Source of the DNA: Bdellovibrio sp. ZAP7
GTDB taxonomy: Bacteria > Bdellovibrionota > FAC87 > UBA2466
DNA length: 64,000 nt
Direction of reading: 5' to 3'
Assembly (NCBI GenBank): GCA_945878405.1
Contig: CAMCTJ010000005.1
Coordinates: 22,350-86,349 of the forward strand
Within the stretch, counting starts at the first letter, position 1; every line of letters begins with the position of its first letter. Below are positions 9,687 to 19,106 of this stretch, piece after piece. Both the position numbers and the translations under genes were made by a program. Below the pieces are notes generated by a model. That model saw only the letters and a program-made list of their open reading frames with translations. It was not told where the DNA came from and did not search any database.

Positions 9687-10583
9687 CTAAATTTTTTCAA
9701 CGCATCGAAGTTTGGCGCTTCGCGAACGGGGATTTTGGGAAAGTTCTTCGGGGGAGGGCTCCACTGGTTTTTTCGTCAAAATTTTGACTCGGGCATCTTT
9801 TGAGCACTGACAAATAAGCTCTTGGCAAATGCAGCGACCTGCTAGGCGTTTGAATACTGTTTTCACCTCCCGGTCTTCTGTTGAGTGAAAAGTAATGACT
9901 ACCAGACGACCACCCGGCTTAAGAATATCGATAAGTTTTGGAAGAGTTTCGGCGATTTCCTCTAGTTCTCGGTTGACCGCCATCCGAAGCGCCATAAAGG
10001 GAACCGTGGCGGGGTGCGTTCTCCCAATGCGTTTTCCTAAACAGTCGGCCAAATCCTGAGTCGACTCAATCTTGCCAGCTCGAAAGGCATTCAGAATTTT
10101 TCTAGCTAAAGCACGGGAATTTTTTAGGTCTGCGTTGTAATAAAGGATATCTGCCAAATCTTCTTCACTTAAGCGTTCTAAGAGTTCTCTCAGGGTAGGC
10201 CCCTGACTTTGGTCCATCCGCATATCTAATGGCCCGGGTTTTTGAAAAGTAAAACCACGTTCCTCTGAGATCAACTGGCGAGTGCTTACTCCCAAGTCTA
10301 GCAAGATGCCATCGAAGACTTGTGAACCCACCAGAGAAGGAAACTCAGAAAACCGCCTATGGTGAAGCTTTAACCGCGGATCCTGGCTTAAAGCTCCTGC
10401 CTTGAGGTAGTTCTTTACCGCTGAAAGATCCCGGTCAACCGCCCAAACCTCCTGAGCCCCTCCTTTAAGGAGAGCTTCCGTGTGCCCTCCCTCTCCGAAA
10501 GTGAGATCCGCGTAGGTCCCCTTATTTAAACCAATAAAATCAATTACTTCATTGAGTAATACGGATTTGTGTAGCCATTCCAT
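9687..10583 (-). CDS. rsmH: 16S rRNA m4C1402 methyltransferase
   Basis: HKSVLLNE, DLTFGEGGH, DLGVS, PLDMRM, ITFHSTED, NPRSRSAKLR. Confidence 0.96.
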   Translation of the reverse strand: MEWLHKSVLLNEVIDFIGLNKGTYADLTFGEGGHTEALLKGGAQEVWAVDRDLSAVKNYLKAGALSQDPRLKLHHRRFSEFPSLVGSQVFDGILLDLGVSTRQLISEERGFTFQKPGPLDMRMDQSQGPTLRELLERLSEEDLADILYYNADLKNSRALARKILNAFRAGKIESTQDLADCLGKRIGRTHPATVPFMALRMAVNRELEEIAETLPKLIDILKPGGRLVVITFHSTEDREVKTVFKRLAGRCICQELICQCSKDARVKILTKKPVEPSPEELSQNPRSRSAKLRCVEKI

Positions 10584-10614
10584 AAGTCAAAAATAACGCA
10601 ATGCAAAAAAGTCC

Positions 10615-10641
10615 TAAAGGTCTTTGACGCGACGCCGATAA
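10615..10641 (+). promoter_or_regulatory. Sigma-28 (FliA) promoter of flagellin
   Basis: Exact consensus TAAA-N15-GCCGATAA, 77 nt upstream of the fliC ATG. Confidence 0.9.
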
Positions 10642-10718
10642 AACCTGGGAGCGCAGTAATGCGCCGCATTAAACAAGTGCATTGTGGTTGGGTTTACCAC
10701 TTTTTTTAGGAGAGAACC

Positions 10719-11549
10719 ATGGCTATTAGCTTATTAAGTAATCAGGCGGTTATTAATGCCCGAAGGCATATGGAAACCACCTCGCGGATGTTTGGCGAAG
10801 CGAGTGAACGGTTGGCTTCGGGGAAACGAATTAACAAATCTGGAGACGATGCTGCTGGCTTAGCGATTTCGCAAGCCATGGAAGGAAAAATCCGTAGTAT
10901 GCAGCAAGCTCGTCGAAATGCTCAAGAAGCGCTTTCGCTGATGCAAGTAGCGGAAGGTGGCATGAACGAAGTGAGCAATCTTTTAGTAAGATTAAGAGAG
11001 CTCTCGATTCAAGCTGCAAGCGATACCATCGGAGACAAAGAACGAACGATGTTAGAGCTTGAGAACAAACAGATTAAAGAAGAAATCGATCGTCTTGCAA
11101 ATGCAACTGAGTACTTTGGTACTTCTCTGCTGAATGGCCAAGGTAAGGAATTTACCTTCCAAATTGGGCCAGATAATTCGGAAGCGAACCGCCTTGAGTA
11201 TTCAACTGCCAGCTTGGACTTGCGAGCGTCAAGTTTAGGAATCGATGGGGCGAGTCTGTCGGATTCTAGTTCAGCACTCGATGCGCTATCTCAAGTCGAC
11301 GAAGCTATTACAAAGTTGAATACGCCTCGAGCAGAAGTAGGAGCGATGCAGACCCGATTCAATTCGATTGTAAATAACTTGTTTATTTACGAAGAGAATA
11401 TGTCGGCAGCAAAATCTCGAATTGTAGATGCTGATATTGCTCAGGAGACTGCTAAAGCAGTTCAAGCTTCAATCCTTCAAAGAGCAGGGGCTGCAGTAAT
11501 AGCCCAAGCCAATACGATGCCAGCGCTCGCATTGAAGCTACTGGACTAA
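10719..11549 (+). CDS. fliC: Flagellin (short, D0/D1 only)
   Basis: LASGKRIN..GDDAAGLAIS; SRIVDADIAQE; AQAN; AGGAG RBS. Confidence 0.97.
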   Translation: MAISLLSNQAVINARRHMETTSRMFGEASERLASGKRINKSGDDAAGLAISQAMEGKIRSMQQARRNAQEALSLMQVAEGGMNEVSNLLVRLRELSIQAASDTIGDKERTMLELENKQIKEEIDRLANATEYFGTSLLNGQGKEFTFQIGPDNSEANRLEYSTASLDLRASSLGIDGASLSDSSSALDALSQVDEAITKLNTPRAEVGAMQTRFNSIVNNLFIYEENMSAAKSRIVDADIAQETAKAVQASILQRAGAAVIAQANTMPALALKLLD

Positions 11550-11560
11550 TGATTCGGAAC

Positions 11561-11605
11561 GAGGGGGCTAGCCGGCCAATGAGGTTCTCCCGTGCTAGCC
11601 TCCTT
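11561..11605. terminator. Stem-loop between the convergent fliC and enoyl-reductase-like genes
   Basis: GAGGGGGCTAGC...GCTAGCCTCCTT, a 12-bp stem with G-U pairs, large loop and no clear U-tract. Confidence 0.4.
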
Positions 11606-11610
11606 GTACC

Positions 11611-12636
11611 TTAAGGAAAAACCAAAACTACCTTTCCGAAATTTTGGCGATTTTCTAGGTATTGATGAGCATCCGCTACTTGTTCAAAACTAAATTCGCG
11701 ATCTAGGGTAGGGGTGAGATTCCCTATTTCAATTAAGTTTAAAATTTCTGTTAGCCAAACCTGAAGTGGGGAAAAAGATCTTTTCCACAAAGTAGCCAAA
11801 TTGAATCCGCCCACTAAATTATTTTCTTGAGTGAGATCAAAAATATCAACGGGATACCATTTTCCTTGTTCGATATCCGACCGCCAGGCTTTTCCCGACT
11901 TTAGTTCATCGAAATAATTAAAAGCTCCAAAGGCAATGAGTCGTCCTAGAGGAGAAAGCAACCTTAGCCCCATACTCCAACTGGTGCCCCCATGAGAGTC
12001 AAAAATAATGTCGAATCCACGGTCTTCAGTGATTTCTCTTAATTCGTTTTCAAAGTTTTGGCTTTTGGGATCAACAAGAAATTGAAAACCGTGGGCTTTC
12101 AACTTTTTGTGCTTGCCTTCAGAGGCGACTCCAACGGGACTGGCCCCAACCATTTTACAAAAGTCGTAAAGAGCTAATCCCACTCCGCCCCCTGCAGAGT
12201 AAATAAGAGCCCTATCTCCACTTTTTAAATGACCAAGTTTTAGCGCGAGAGCGTAAGCGGTGAGGTAGTTGACTGAAATAGCAGCACCTTGCGAAAAAGA
12301 AAATTTTTCAGGAAGTAAAAACACTTGTTCCTGGGGAACGCAAACCTTACTTGAGTACCCACCAAAAAAAGAGGTGGCAAAAACCCTCTTTCCAACCCAT
12401 TCCTTGGAAACTTTTTCCCCCACTTCAGTTACAAGCCCGCTTACTTCATAACCCGGAACCATGGGTAGTGGTGGTGCTTCAGGATAACGTCCTGTCCGGC
12501 TCAAAATATCAGCAAAATTGATTCCTGAGGCTTTGACCTCAATCAACACTTCGCCTTCTGTTGGCGAAGGATCGGGTCCCTCCTTCACCCTAAGAACTTC
12601 GGGACCGCCTTTTCTTGTAATCCAAACCTGTTTCAT
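11611..12636 (-). CDS. MDR-family (VAT-1/quinone oxidoreductase-like) NAD(P)H oxidoreductase, candidate trans-acting enoyl reductase
   Basis: GINFAD, PGYEVSG, NYLTAY, SAGGGVG nucleotide-binding motif, GKVVL C-terminus; no Zn-binding Cys cluster. Start placed at MKQVW. Confidence 0.85.
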   Translation of the reverse strand: MKQVWITRKGGPEVLRVKEGPDPSPTEGEVLIEVKASGINFADILSRTGRYPEAPPLPMVPGYEVSGLVTEVGEKVSKEWVGKRVFATSFFGGYSSKVCVPQEQVFLLPEKFSFSQGAAISVNYLTAYALALKLGHLKSGDRALIYSAGGGVGLALYDFCKMVGASPVGVASEGKHKKLKAHGFQFLVDPKSQNFENELREITEDRGFDIIFDSHGGTSWSMGLRLLSPLGRLIAFGAFNYFDELKSGKAWRSDIEQGKWYPVDIFDLTQENNLVGGFNLATLWKRSFSPLQVWLTEILNLIEIGNLTPTLDREFSFEQVADAHQYLENRQNFGKVVLVFP

Positions 12637-12681
12637 CTTTTTTGGGAGTTCTGAGTCGCTCGTATTATAATTCAGACTCAC

Positions 12682-13755
12682 ATGTTTCTAAAAAACAATT
12701 CATGGCCGGCATTAGAATTATTAAAAGCGCTCGCTATAGCAGCCATGATTATTAACCACAGTTGGGCCTTTGTTATCAGTCGACAAGATTTGTTGGAAAA
12801 TCGTGAAAGCTTTTCACTCGCTTGGGCTAATATCTTTCACTTTTTTTGCTTTTTTAATATTTGGATTCCTGCAATTGCGGGCACCACCCTTCGCCTTCAG
12901 ACCCATTCGAGCGAAAAGGACGCAAATCTTGGCAAGCGCTTATCCGCGGTGGCGTTTCGTTGGGGAATCGTATTAGCGCTCGGCGGCTATGCCTTTGCGC
13001 TTTGGGATTCATCCGCTGACATTCTTCGCTCATTTAACCCACTTCATTTCATGGCTGTCTCTTTTGTTCTTGTTGCGCTTATCTTAAAAAGTCTCCCCCT
13101 CAGTGTCTTTCCTTGGATTACTTGGTTTTTTATCATTTTGGCTTTTTCGCTGGATCAAGTGCGAAGTGAATTTATAAATCAAACTGGCCAGTCTTTTTTA
13201 AAAGAAGTTATCTTTGGCTCCGGCCAAGTCGGTTGGTCTCTCATTCCTTGGTTGGGTCTTGTGCTCATCGGCTTTACCTTTTCAGACCTCTATTTAAGAT
13301 CGAAAAGTCCCAAAAAGCTCCTTATCTTTTGCGCCCTCATTGGTTTAGTCACATCAATGAGTTTTCTTTTTGTTGAGGAATCCCAAGAGTTCATCAAAAG
13401 ACAAACCGTATTAGACCAATATTCAACCCTTCGAATGCCTCGCTTTCTGTGGCTGGCGGTTTTCAGTGGTTATGTAGCAGCCCTATCGCTAGCAACTTTG
13501 GTTTATCATCGGAATTCCACTTTCTTGAAGGAGCTTATCGAGCCTTTAGCCGTCGGATCATTTTGGCTATTTTTTCTTCAATTTCCTATCATGATTATGT
13601 CCTCCCTTGCTTTTGAATCCTTACACTTTCAGATTAGAGCCTTCTGCTTTCCTGTTTTTGTTCTGATCTGGTGCTTTATAGTGGGCCGCCTAGTGATTGA
13701 AATTGGGAGAAAAAAAATAACTGTCACATTAGTAAAACGAAGAGATTCGAGATGA
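12682..13755 (+). CDS. Multi-pass membrane protein, DUF1624/HGSNAT-like acyltransferase family
   Basis: N-terminal 'LELLKALAIAAMIINH' (D..RG.A...M...H-like); 'LHFMA'; 'SLIPWLG'; about 9-10 TM segments; ATGA overlap with the KS gene. Confidence 0.65.
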   Translation: MFLKNNSWPALELLKALAIAAMIINHSWAFVISRQDLLENRESFSLAWANIFHFFCFFNIWIPAIAGTTLRLQTHSSEKDANLGKRLSAVAFRWGIVLALGGYAFALWDSSADILRSFNPLHFMAVSFVLVALILKSLPLSVFPWITWFFIILAFSLDQVRSEFINQTGQSFLKEVIFGSGQVGWSLIPWLGLVLIGFTFSDLYLRSKSPKKLLIFCALIGLVTSMSFLFVEESQEFIKRQTVLDQYSTLRMPRFLWLAVFSGYVAALSLATLVYHRNSTFLKELIEPLAVGSFWLFFLQFPIMIMSSLAFESLHFQIRAFCFPVFVLIWCFIVGRLVIEIGRKKITVTLVKRRDSR

Positions 13756-15779
13756 AGTTCAAAGAAAATATCGCCATCGTAGGTGCCGGTTGCGTTCTGC
13801 CCGGAGCTAGAAACACTAGCGATTTTTGGAAGATACTTTGTGAGGGCAGGCATCAGTTTCGATCTCTCCCGGGCAACCGATGGAACAAGGATATCTATTT
13901 TGATCCAGAAAAAAATCAGGGGGATTCAAGTTACTCTGATCTGGCAGCCTACGTAGCAGATGATTTATTTTTTGATAGCAACTCAGACTTGCCCAGAGGC
14001 CATCAAATGATGTTAACGGCGCTCCGTGAAGCGGTAGCACCGTTTGATCGAGATCAGTTTCGTAAGAGGCGGGTTGCCGTCGTGTTGGGTTGCATGAATC
14101 CGGAAGATGAAGCTTCTGTCAGCCTCGTTAAAGCACAGAAAAATAGCCTTATGGAAGAGATGAGTAGGAGAGCTTCTCAGCTGTCTTTTGAAACGGAGAG
14201 TTTCCTAAAAGAGTTTGATAAATGTTTTCAGGACACTACTGAGTCTTTGGATATTCATTTTCCAAGTTCACTTGCTTACCATGTACATCGTGAACTAGGG
14301 ACTAAAGGTCTGTCTTTCTGTGCAGACTCTGCTTGCGGATCTTCTTTAACTGCTATCGACTTAGCTTGCCTCCTTTTAGAAAGTGGTGAAGTCGACCTAG
14401 TTGTAACAGGAGGGGTTGAGGCAAATCTAGGAATTGAAACTTACGTCCCCTTTAGTCGGCTGGGCGTTTTAGCGCGCACCAGGAGCTTGCCTTACGACGC
14501 CAAAAGCGAGGGGATTATACAAGGAGAGGGCTCGGTTCTTTTTGTTCTGGAAAGATTGTCGGATGCGCAAGATGCCGAGCGAGATATTTGGGGTTTAATC
14601 GAGGGAATTACGAGTTCGAGCAATGGAGCTAAGGCGAGTCTTTTTTCACCGTCTCAGGAGAGTCAGAAAGTCAACTTTTCAGAGCTCGAAACAACCTTGG
14701 CAGAAGGGCCGCCCATTTATATCGAGGGTCATGGTACGGGCACCTTAGTGGGAGATCGGGCGGAGTTGGAAGCGCTCAAAGAAGTCTTCTCGCCAATCCC
14801 AACAAAAGTGTTACTCGGTTCGGTAAAGGCAATTATCGGTCATACCAAGGGAACAGCAGGCGCTGCAGGTTTGCTCAAATGTTTGTTGAGTCTACGGCAT
14901 TCGTTTATTCCCCCTTCCACTTATTTTGAAAACGCCTGCTCGGAATCTGGTATGGGAAATTTAGAAATAAATCTCAGCGGAGTAGAGCTGGGAAAGAATG
15001 ATGTTCCTCTGCAAATGCGAGTGTGTTCTGCGGGATTCGGAGGTGCAAACTATTATCTTGCTTTAAGTGAACATAAAAAATCAAATCATCCACATCTGGA
15101 AAAGGGGACAATTATCTCCTCGGAGGCTTCCGTGCTTGTTGCATTTTCTCAGGTCCCATTTTTTGCGCAGACCAGTGAAAATAAATATCAAGATTGGAAA
15201 ATTCCCCCTCACTTGGCAAATCACCTTGATTTCGCCCAAATCAGCGCCCTGACCGCGGTAGAGTTAGCTTTAGAGAAAAGTCTGATTTCAAAAAAAATGG
15301 TACAAAAATTAAAGACATGCGTTATTTCAGCTTCTCACACGCGTACGAACAAGATGGAGAAAATCAGCCACGTGCTTCAATTAAAAAAAGTTGAGAACCC
15401 CGAATATTCATTTCAAGAGATCTTAAGAAAATATAGAAATGAACTTGTGAAGCTAGATGAAACTACCTGTCAGGCCTTAAACAGCATGATCAGTGGTCGA
15501 GTAGCAAATGCCTTTGATCTCGCTGGAACAAATTTTCATATTGATGCCGATTTTTCATCACTGGGCTATTCACTTAAAATGGGTCAACAAATGATCAGCC
15601 ACAAAAGAGCTGAAATGGTCATATTGCTAGGAATAGAAGAAATACCAGGAGACGTTCCCTATTTAATTTCCCGGCAATCCGTCTCTTGTTGGGTTCTTAC
15701 CTCGCCTCAAACAGCCGAAGAATTGTCTTTGCCCCAACTTGGTTCAGTCAGTGAGGTGCTGGTTTGTCATGAAGGCTAA
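13752..15779 (+). CDS. Type I PKS/PUFA-synthase-like ketosynthase plus degenerate second KS (chain-length-factor-like) domain
   Basis: Catalytic triad DSACGSS, EGHGTGT, IGHTKG; GFGGAN; C-terminal 'ISGRVANAFDLAGTNFHIDADFSS' lacks the active Cys. Confidence 0.88.
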   Translation: MKFKENIAIVGAGCVLPGARNTSDFWKILCEGRHQFRSLPGNRWNKDIYFDPEKNQGDSSYSDLAAYVADDLFFDSNSDLPRGHQMMLTALREAVAPFDRDQFRKRRVAVVLGCMNPEDEASVSLVKAQKNSLMEEMSRRASQLSFETESFLKEFDKCFQDTTESLDIHFPSSLAYHVHRELGTKGLSFCADSACGSSLTAIDLACLLLESGEVDLVVTGGVEANLGIETYVPFSRLGVLARTRSLPYDAKSEGIIQGEGSVLFVLERLSDAQDAERDIWGLIEGITSSSNGAKASLFSPSQESQKVNFSELETTLAEGPPIYIEGHGTGTLVGDRAELEALKEVFSPIPTKVLLGSVKAIIGHTKGTAGAAGLLKCLLSLRHSFIPPSTYFENACSESGMGNLEINLSGVELGKNDVPLQMRVCSAGFGGANYYLALSEHKKSNHPHLEKGTIISSEASVLVAFSQVPFFAQTSENKYQDWKIPPHLANHLDFAQISALTAVELALEKSLISKKMVQKLKTCVISASHTRTNKMEKISHVLQLKKVENPEYSFQEILRKYRNELVKLDETTCQALNSMISGRVANAFDLAGTNFHIDADFSSLGYSLKMGQQMISHKRAEMVILLGIEEIPGDVPYLISRQSVSCWVLTSPQTAEELSLPQLGSVSEVLVCHEG

Positions 15780-18700
15780 TTCTTTTAGACAAACAAGTTT
15801 ATACAGTGGCGCCGTGTCCTGGAGGGTTGACCCTCGAGAAAGCCCTCGATCTCAAAAGAACTGCTTTGTCTTGCCTGGCCAGGGATCCATGTTTCCAGGG
15901 ATGGGCAGAGGATTCGAAGACGACTCTACATTCCAACATTTTTTTTCGATAGCAGACCTTGTTTGCAAAAAAGCTCATTTTCCCAGGCCCTCTCGGTACG
16001 TTTTCACACCGAATAGTCTGACTTTAGAAGAGCTTGAAGCAGTTGAGTCCTTGGCTCTGTTTACTTTTTCCGTAGCCATGTCTCATAAACTTGCCGAAGA
16101 GGGGGTGCGCCCCCAAGCATTAACTGGACATAGCTTTGGGGAGTTTGCTGGCCTGGTTGTTTCAGGAATTCTTGATTTTGAGACGGGCTTATCCTGTGTG
16201 CTTAGTCGGGAGAAGTGCCTTGGCGAGCGAAACAAAGCAGGCTTTATGGTTGCGGTGAATACGAGTGAGCTAAAAATAAGAGAGCTGCTTCCTCAAAAAA
16301 AAACCCATATTTCTAATGTTAATAGTCTGACCCAAACAGTGATTTCAACAACCTGGGAACATTTGCAGGAAATTGAAAGCACTCTAAAAGAAAGTGAAAT
16401 CAAGTATAAGCGTTTAGCGAGTCCCCAGCCATTTCATTCCCCTTTACTAGAGGACTTTGCTAGTGAACTGCTCCTGCCTTCACTCGATACCCACCTCGTT
16501 ACGGCTCCTCGAATTCCCTTTTTTTCAGGGGTTGAAAAAAAATGGGTTGCAACAGAAGAAGACGTACATCTCCTTCTTCCTAAAATTTTAGAAAATCAGC
16601 TCACAAGACCGATCGATTTTAGACACCAACTCGATAGGCTCTCCTCTTATTGCACGCATTTTATAGAAGTAGGGCCGCGTCCTTTCTTGGTGCCTCTCAT
16701 AAAGGAAAATCTCGTTAATAAACAGGTAACCGTCTCTTGGGGGGGCGACCTCCTCCAGCCGGTTCCTGAGAATGATCAGCGGATCTCAAAAGTAAACCGG
16801 AGTCAGGTAACCGAGCCAACCTTAAGTCGCGTCAACTCGGTGATTGCCCGGATTACGGGATATTCGGTTGAGAAAATTCAATTTGAAGATAAATTCCAGG
16901 AGGATCTGGGTATCGACTCCATAAAAACGCTGGAGATATCTTTGGAGATTCAAAAAGAGTTCCAGCTTCCGCAGGCTTCCCTGGGACAAGCCTCCCAGAT
17001 AAAAACAGTGGGTGAGTTAGCTTTTCAAGTAGAAACACAAAAGAAAAAAAAGAACTTTGGTTTGGACAAAAAGAACGAAAGTCCGCAGCCTTTCCAACTC
17101 TACCAAAGAGTCTGGAGAGAAAAAGATATCACGCAAGAACGTTCTTGGGTTCAGGATGAGAAAACAGTTTGGATCCGACTCAATAACAACTTAACTAGGA
17201 CTTCGGAGATAGCATCTTTATCGAGTCCAATCTGTACCCTTATTCTAGATTGTTCCGAAATTTCAAATTCCCTTGTCACACCAGCATTTATCAAGAAATC
17301 CGTCCCTCAGTTTTTTGATCAGATTCAGGAACTTATCAAAAACAAGGTAATAAATCATGATACAGATGTGAGAGTTCTAGGTTTGAGTGCGCAAAATGGG
17401 TTTTCTTCGATGGTAACAACTTTTTTTCGATCACTAAAAAAAGAGAACGAGATCGCTTTTGTGTCCGAAATCCTGTTTGATGAGAGGGTTGACTTAACCA
17501 GGGAAATCGTAGGTCGAGAATTAGGATTAAGAAAGTATCAGAATGTAAAAATTACGAATGGAAAAAGATACACTCTGGAGCTCGAGCCCGTCCAAACCAC
17601 CCAAGAAAAAGAAGTTCTACAAACGGGGAATCTAGTTGTCATTGGAGGCTCTAGAGGGATTGCGAAAAGTGCTGTAACCCAATTGTTTAATAACAAAAAC
17701 TGGAAAGTTCATGTCTTGGGAAGAACTCCTCCGACAGAAGTACAGGAGGCCTTATACTATCAGGTTGACGCTGCTGACGAGGAGGCTATGGCTGAAGTCT
17801 TTCGTCGCATCCGAGATGAGCATGGAACAATCGATATTTTAGTCCATGCGGCAGGCAGTGAAATGAGTCGCCAGTTTCGAGATAAAACTCAAGAGGAAAT
17901 CAGGAGTGAATGGTTTTCAAAAGCATTGTCCTCAAAAATAGCCAGCGATTTAGCTGATAAATATTCTATCTCGGCTGCTATTCTTTTCTCATCGGTGATC
18001 TCCGAGTTTGGAAATCGAGGACAGGCTGTGTACGGAGCAGCTAATGCCTTTGCGAGAAAAATATGGGAGGAGAGCAGTAGTGAAAAGGTCAGCAGGACCG
18101 TCATTGATTGGCCCCCTTGGCAAAATACAGGAATGACTGCGAACCCAGTCATTAACGATATTTTAAAAAAAGCAGGGGTGTCATTGCTTCCTCCGGAAGA
18201 AGGTGCGAGGTGGTTTCGAGAAAGTCTGGCTGTCGGCGGGGGGATGCTTTGCAGTGAAAAGGATCTCCTTCTTTATAAGGGTCCTCTCGCCCATCTGGGG
18301 GCTTTGGGCAGTCTACAGCCAGTGGTTTATCCGCATCAGGGTGAGTTGGTTTTCGAATTTAGAGTCTCTCTTAAGGATTTTCCAGAGCTGGTGGATCATT
18401 CTGTTCAAGGAAGAGTGCTCTTGCCATTGGCTTTAATGGCAACTTGGTTTCGTGAAATTGGGCAGGGACTAACCGGTCGGGAAGACGATTTGAGCGAACT
18501 GCAGATTTTTAGACCCTTAGAGATTACTAACGACCAGATGCAGTTGTCTATTTTGGTTAAAAGATCCGGATCTCAAAACCACGCCTTAGCTTTTTCACTG
18601 ATAAGCTCAGATAAAAGGATAGCCTCCGGTACAGTTCAATTAAGGGGCCCCATCGAAGCAGATCGCACAGTAAAGAGTTCAAAGCCTGAAAACCAGTTTC

Positions 18701-19104
18701 AAGCAGAAGATATTTACGTCTCGGATGGCCTCTTTCATGGACCAAAATTTCAATTTTTGGATCGAGTGGAAATCCAAGAAAACAAGAAGGTACTTGGAAA
18801 GCCCGACCCCAAAAGAATTGAGGAATTAAATCAGGCGAAATTTCCTAGGGCTTTTGCAATGATTGAAACCGCTTTGCAGACCACAGCGGTAGCTGGTTGG
18901 AAATTAGATAATTGGATAGGCCTACCCGTGGCCATTGAGCGTATCTTAATCAGAGAAGAACTGATAAACGACAATAATTGGTTCTGGGAGATAACAGAGC
19001 GTGAGATCGCTCAAGAACTCATGACAGCATCTCTCGATCTGTTTGATGGAGATGGGCGATTTCTGGGAAGAATAGAGAAATTGGTTTTCCAAAAGAAGGC
19101 ATAA
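15769..19104 (+). CDS. Type I PKS subunit AT-ACP-KR-DH
   Basis: PGQGS, GHSFG, PFHS (AT); DLGIDSI (ACP); GGSRGIAK, YGAAN, WPPW (KR); DHSVQGRVLLP, LFHGPKFQ (DH). ATG overlaps the end of the KS gene. Confidence 0.9.
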   Translation: MKANSFRQTSLYSGAVSWRVDPRESPRSQKNCFVLPGQGSMFPGMGRGFEDDSTFQHFFSIADLVCKKAHFPRPSRYVFTPNSLTLEELEAVESLALFTFSVAMSHKLAEEGVRPQALTGHSFGEFAGLVVSGILDFETGLSCVLSREKCLGERNKAGFMVAVNTSELKIRELLPQKKTHISNVNSLTQTVISTTWEHLQEIESTLKESEIKYKRLASPQPFHSPLLEDFASELLLPSLDTHLVTAPRIPFFSGVEKKWVATEEDVHLLLPKILENQLTRPIDFRHQLDRLSSYCTHFIEVGPRPFLVPLIKENLVNKQVTVSWGGDLLQPVPENDQRISKVNRSQVTEPTLSRVNSVIARITGYSVEKIQFEDKFQEDLGIDSIKTLEISLEIQKEFQLPQASLGQASQIKTVGELAFQVETQKKKKNFGLDKKNESPQPFQLYQRVWREKDITQERSWVQDEKTVWIRLNNNLTRTSEIASLSSPICTLILDCSEISNSLVTPAFIKKSVPQFFDQIQELIKNKVINHDTDVRVLGLSAQNGFSSMVTTFFRSLKKENEIAFVSEILFDERVDLTREIVGRELGLRKYQNVKITNGKRYTLELEPVQTTQEKEVLQTGNLVVIGGSRGIAKSAVTQLFNNKNWKVHVLGRTPPTEVQEALYYQVDAADEEAMAEVFRRIRDEHGTIDILVHAAGSEMSRQFRDKTQEEIRSEWFSKALSSKIASDLADKYSISAAILFSSVISEFGNRGQAVYGAANAFARKIWEESSSEKVSRTVIDWPPWQNTGMTANPVINDILKKAGVSLLPPEEGARWFRESLAVGGGMLCSEKDLLLYKGPLAHLGALGSLQPVVYPHQGELVFEFRVSLKDFPELVDHSVQGRVLLPLALMATWFREIGQGLTGREDDLSELQIFRPLEITNDQMQLSILVKRSGSQNHALAFSLISSDKRIASGTVQLRGPIEADRTVKSSKPENQFQAEDIYVSDGLFHGPKFQFLDRVEIQENKKVLGKPDPKRIEELNQAKFPRAFAMIETALQTTAVAGWKLDNWIGLPVAIERILIREELINDNNWFWEITEREIAQELMTASLDLFDGDGRFLGRIEKLVFQKKA

Positions 19105-19106
19105 AT

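Noticed and set aside
10648..10718. c-di-GMP-I riboswitch in the flagellin leader
   Set aside because: A GNRA hairpin is present, but the conserved GGCAAA...GACGCAAAG core is not.
13752..19104. Canonical pfa (PUFA) or enediyne cluster
   Set aside because: Single ACP, no FabA-type DH pair or PfaD, and no enediyne thioesterase or accessory genes.
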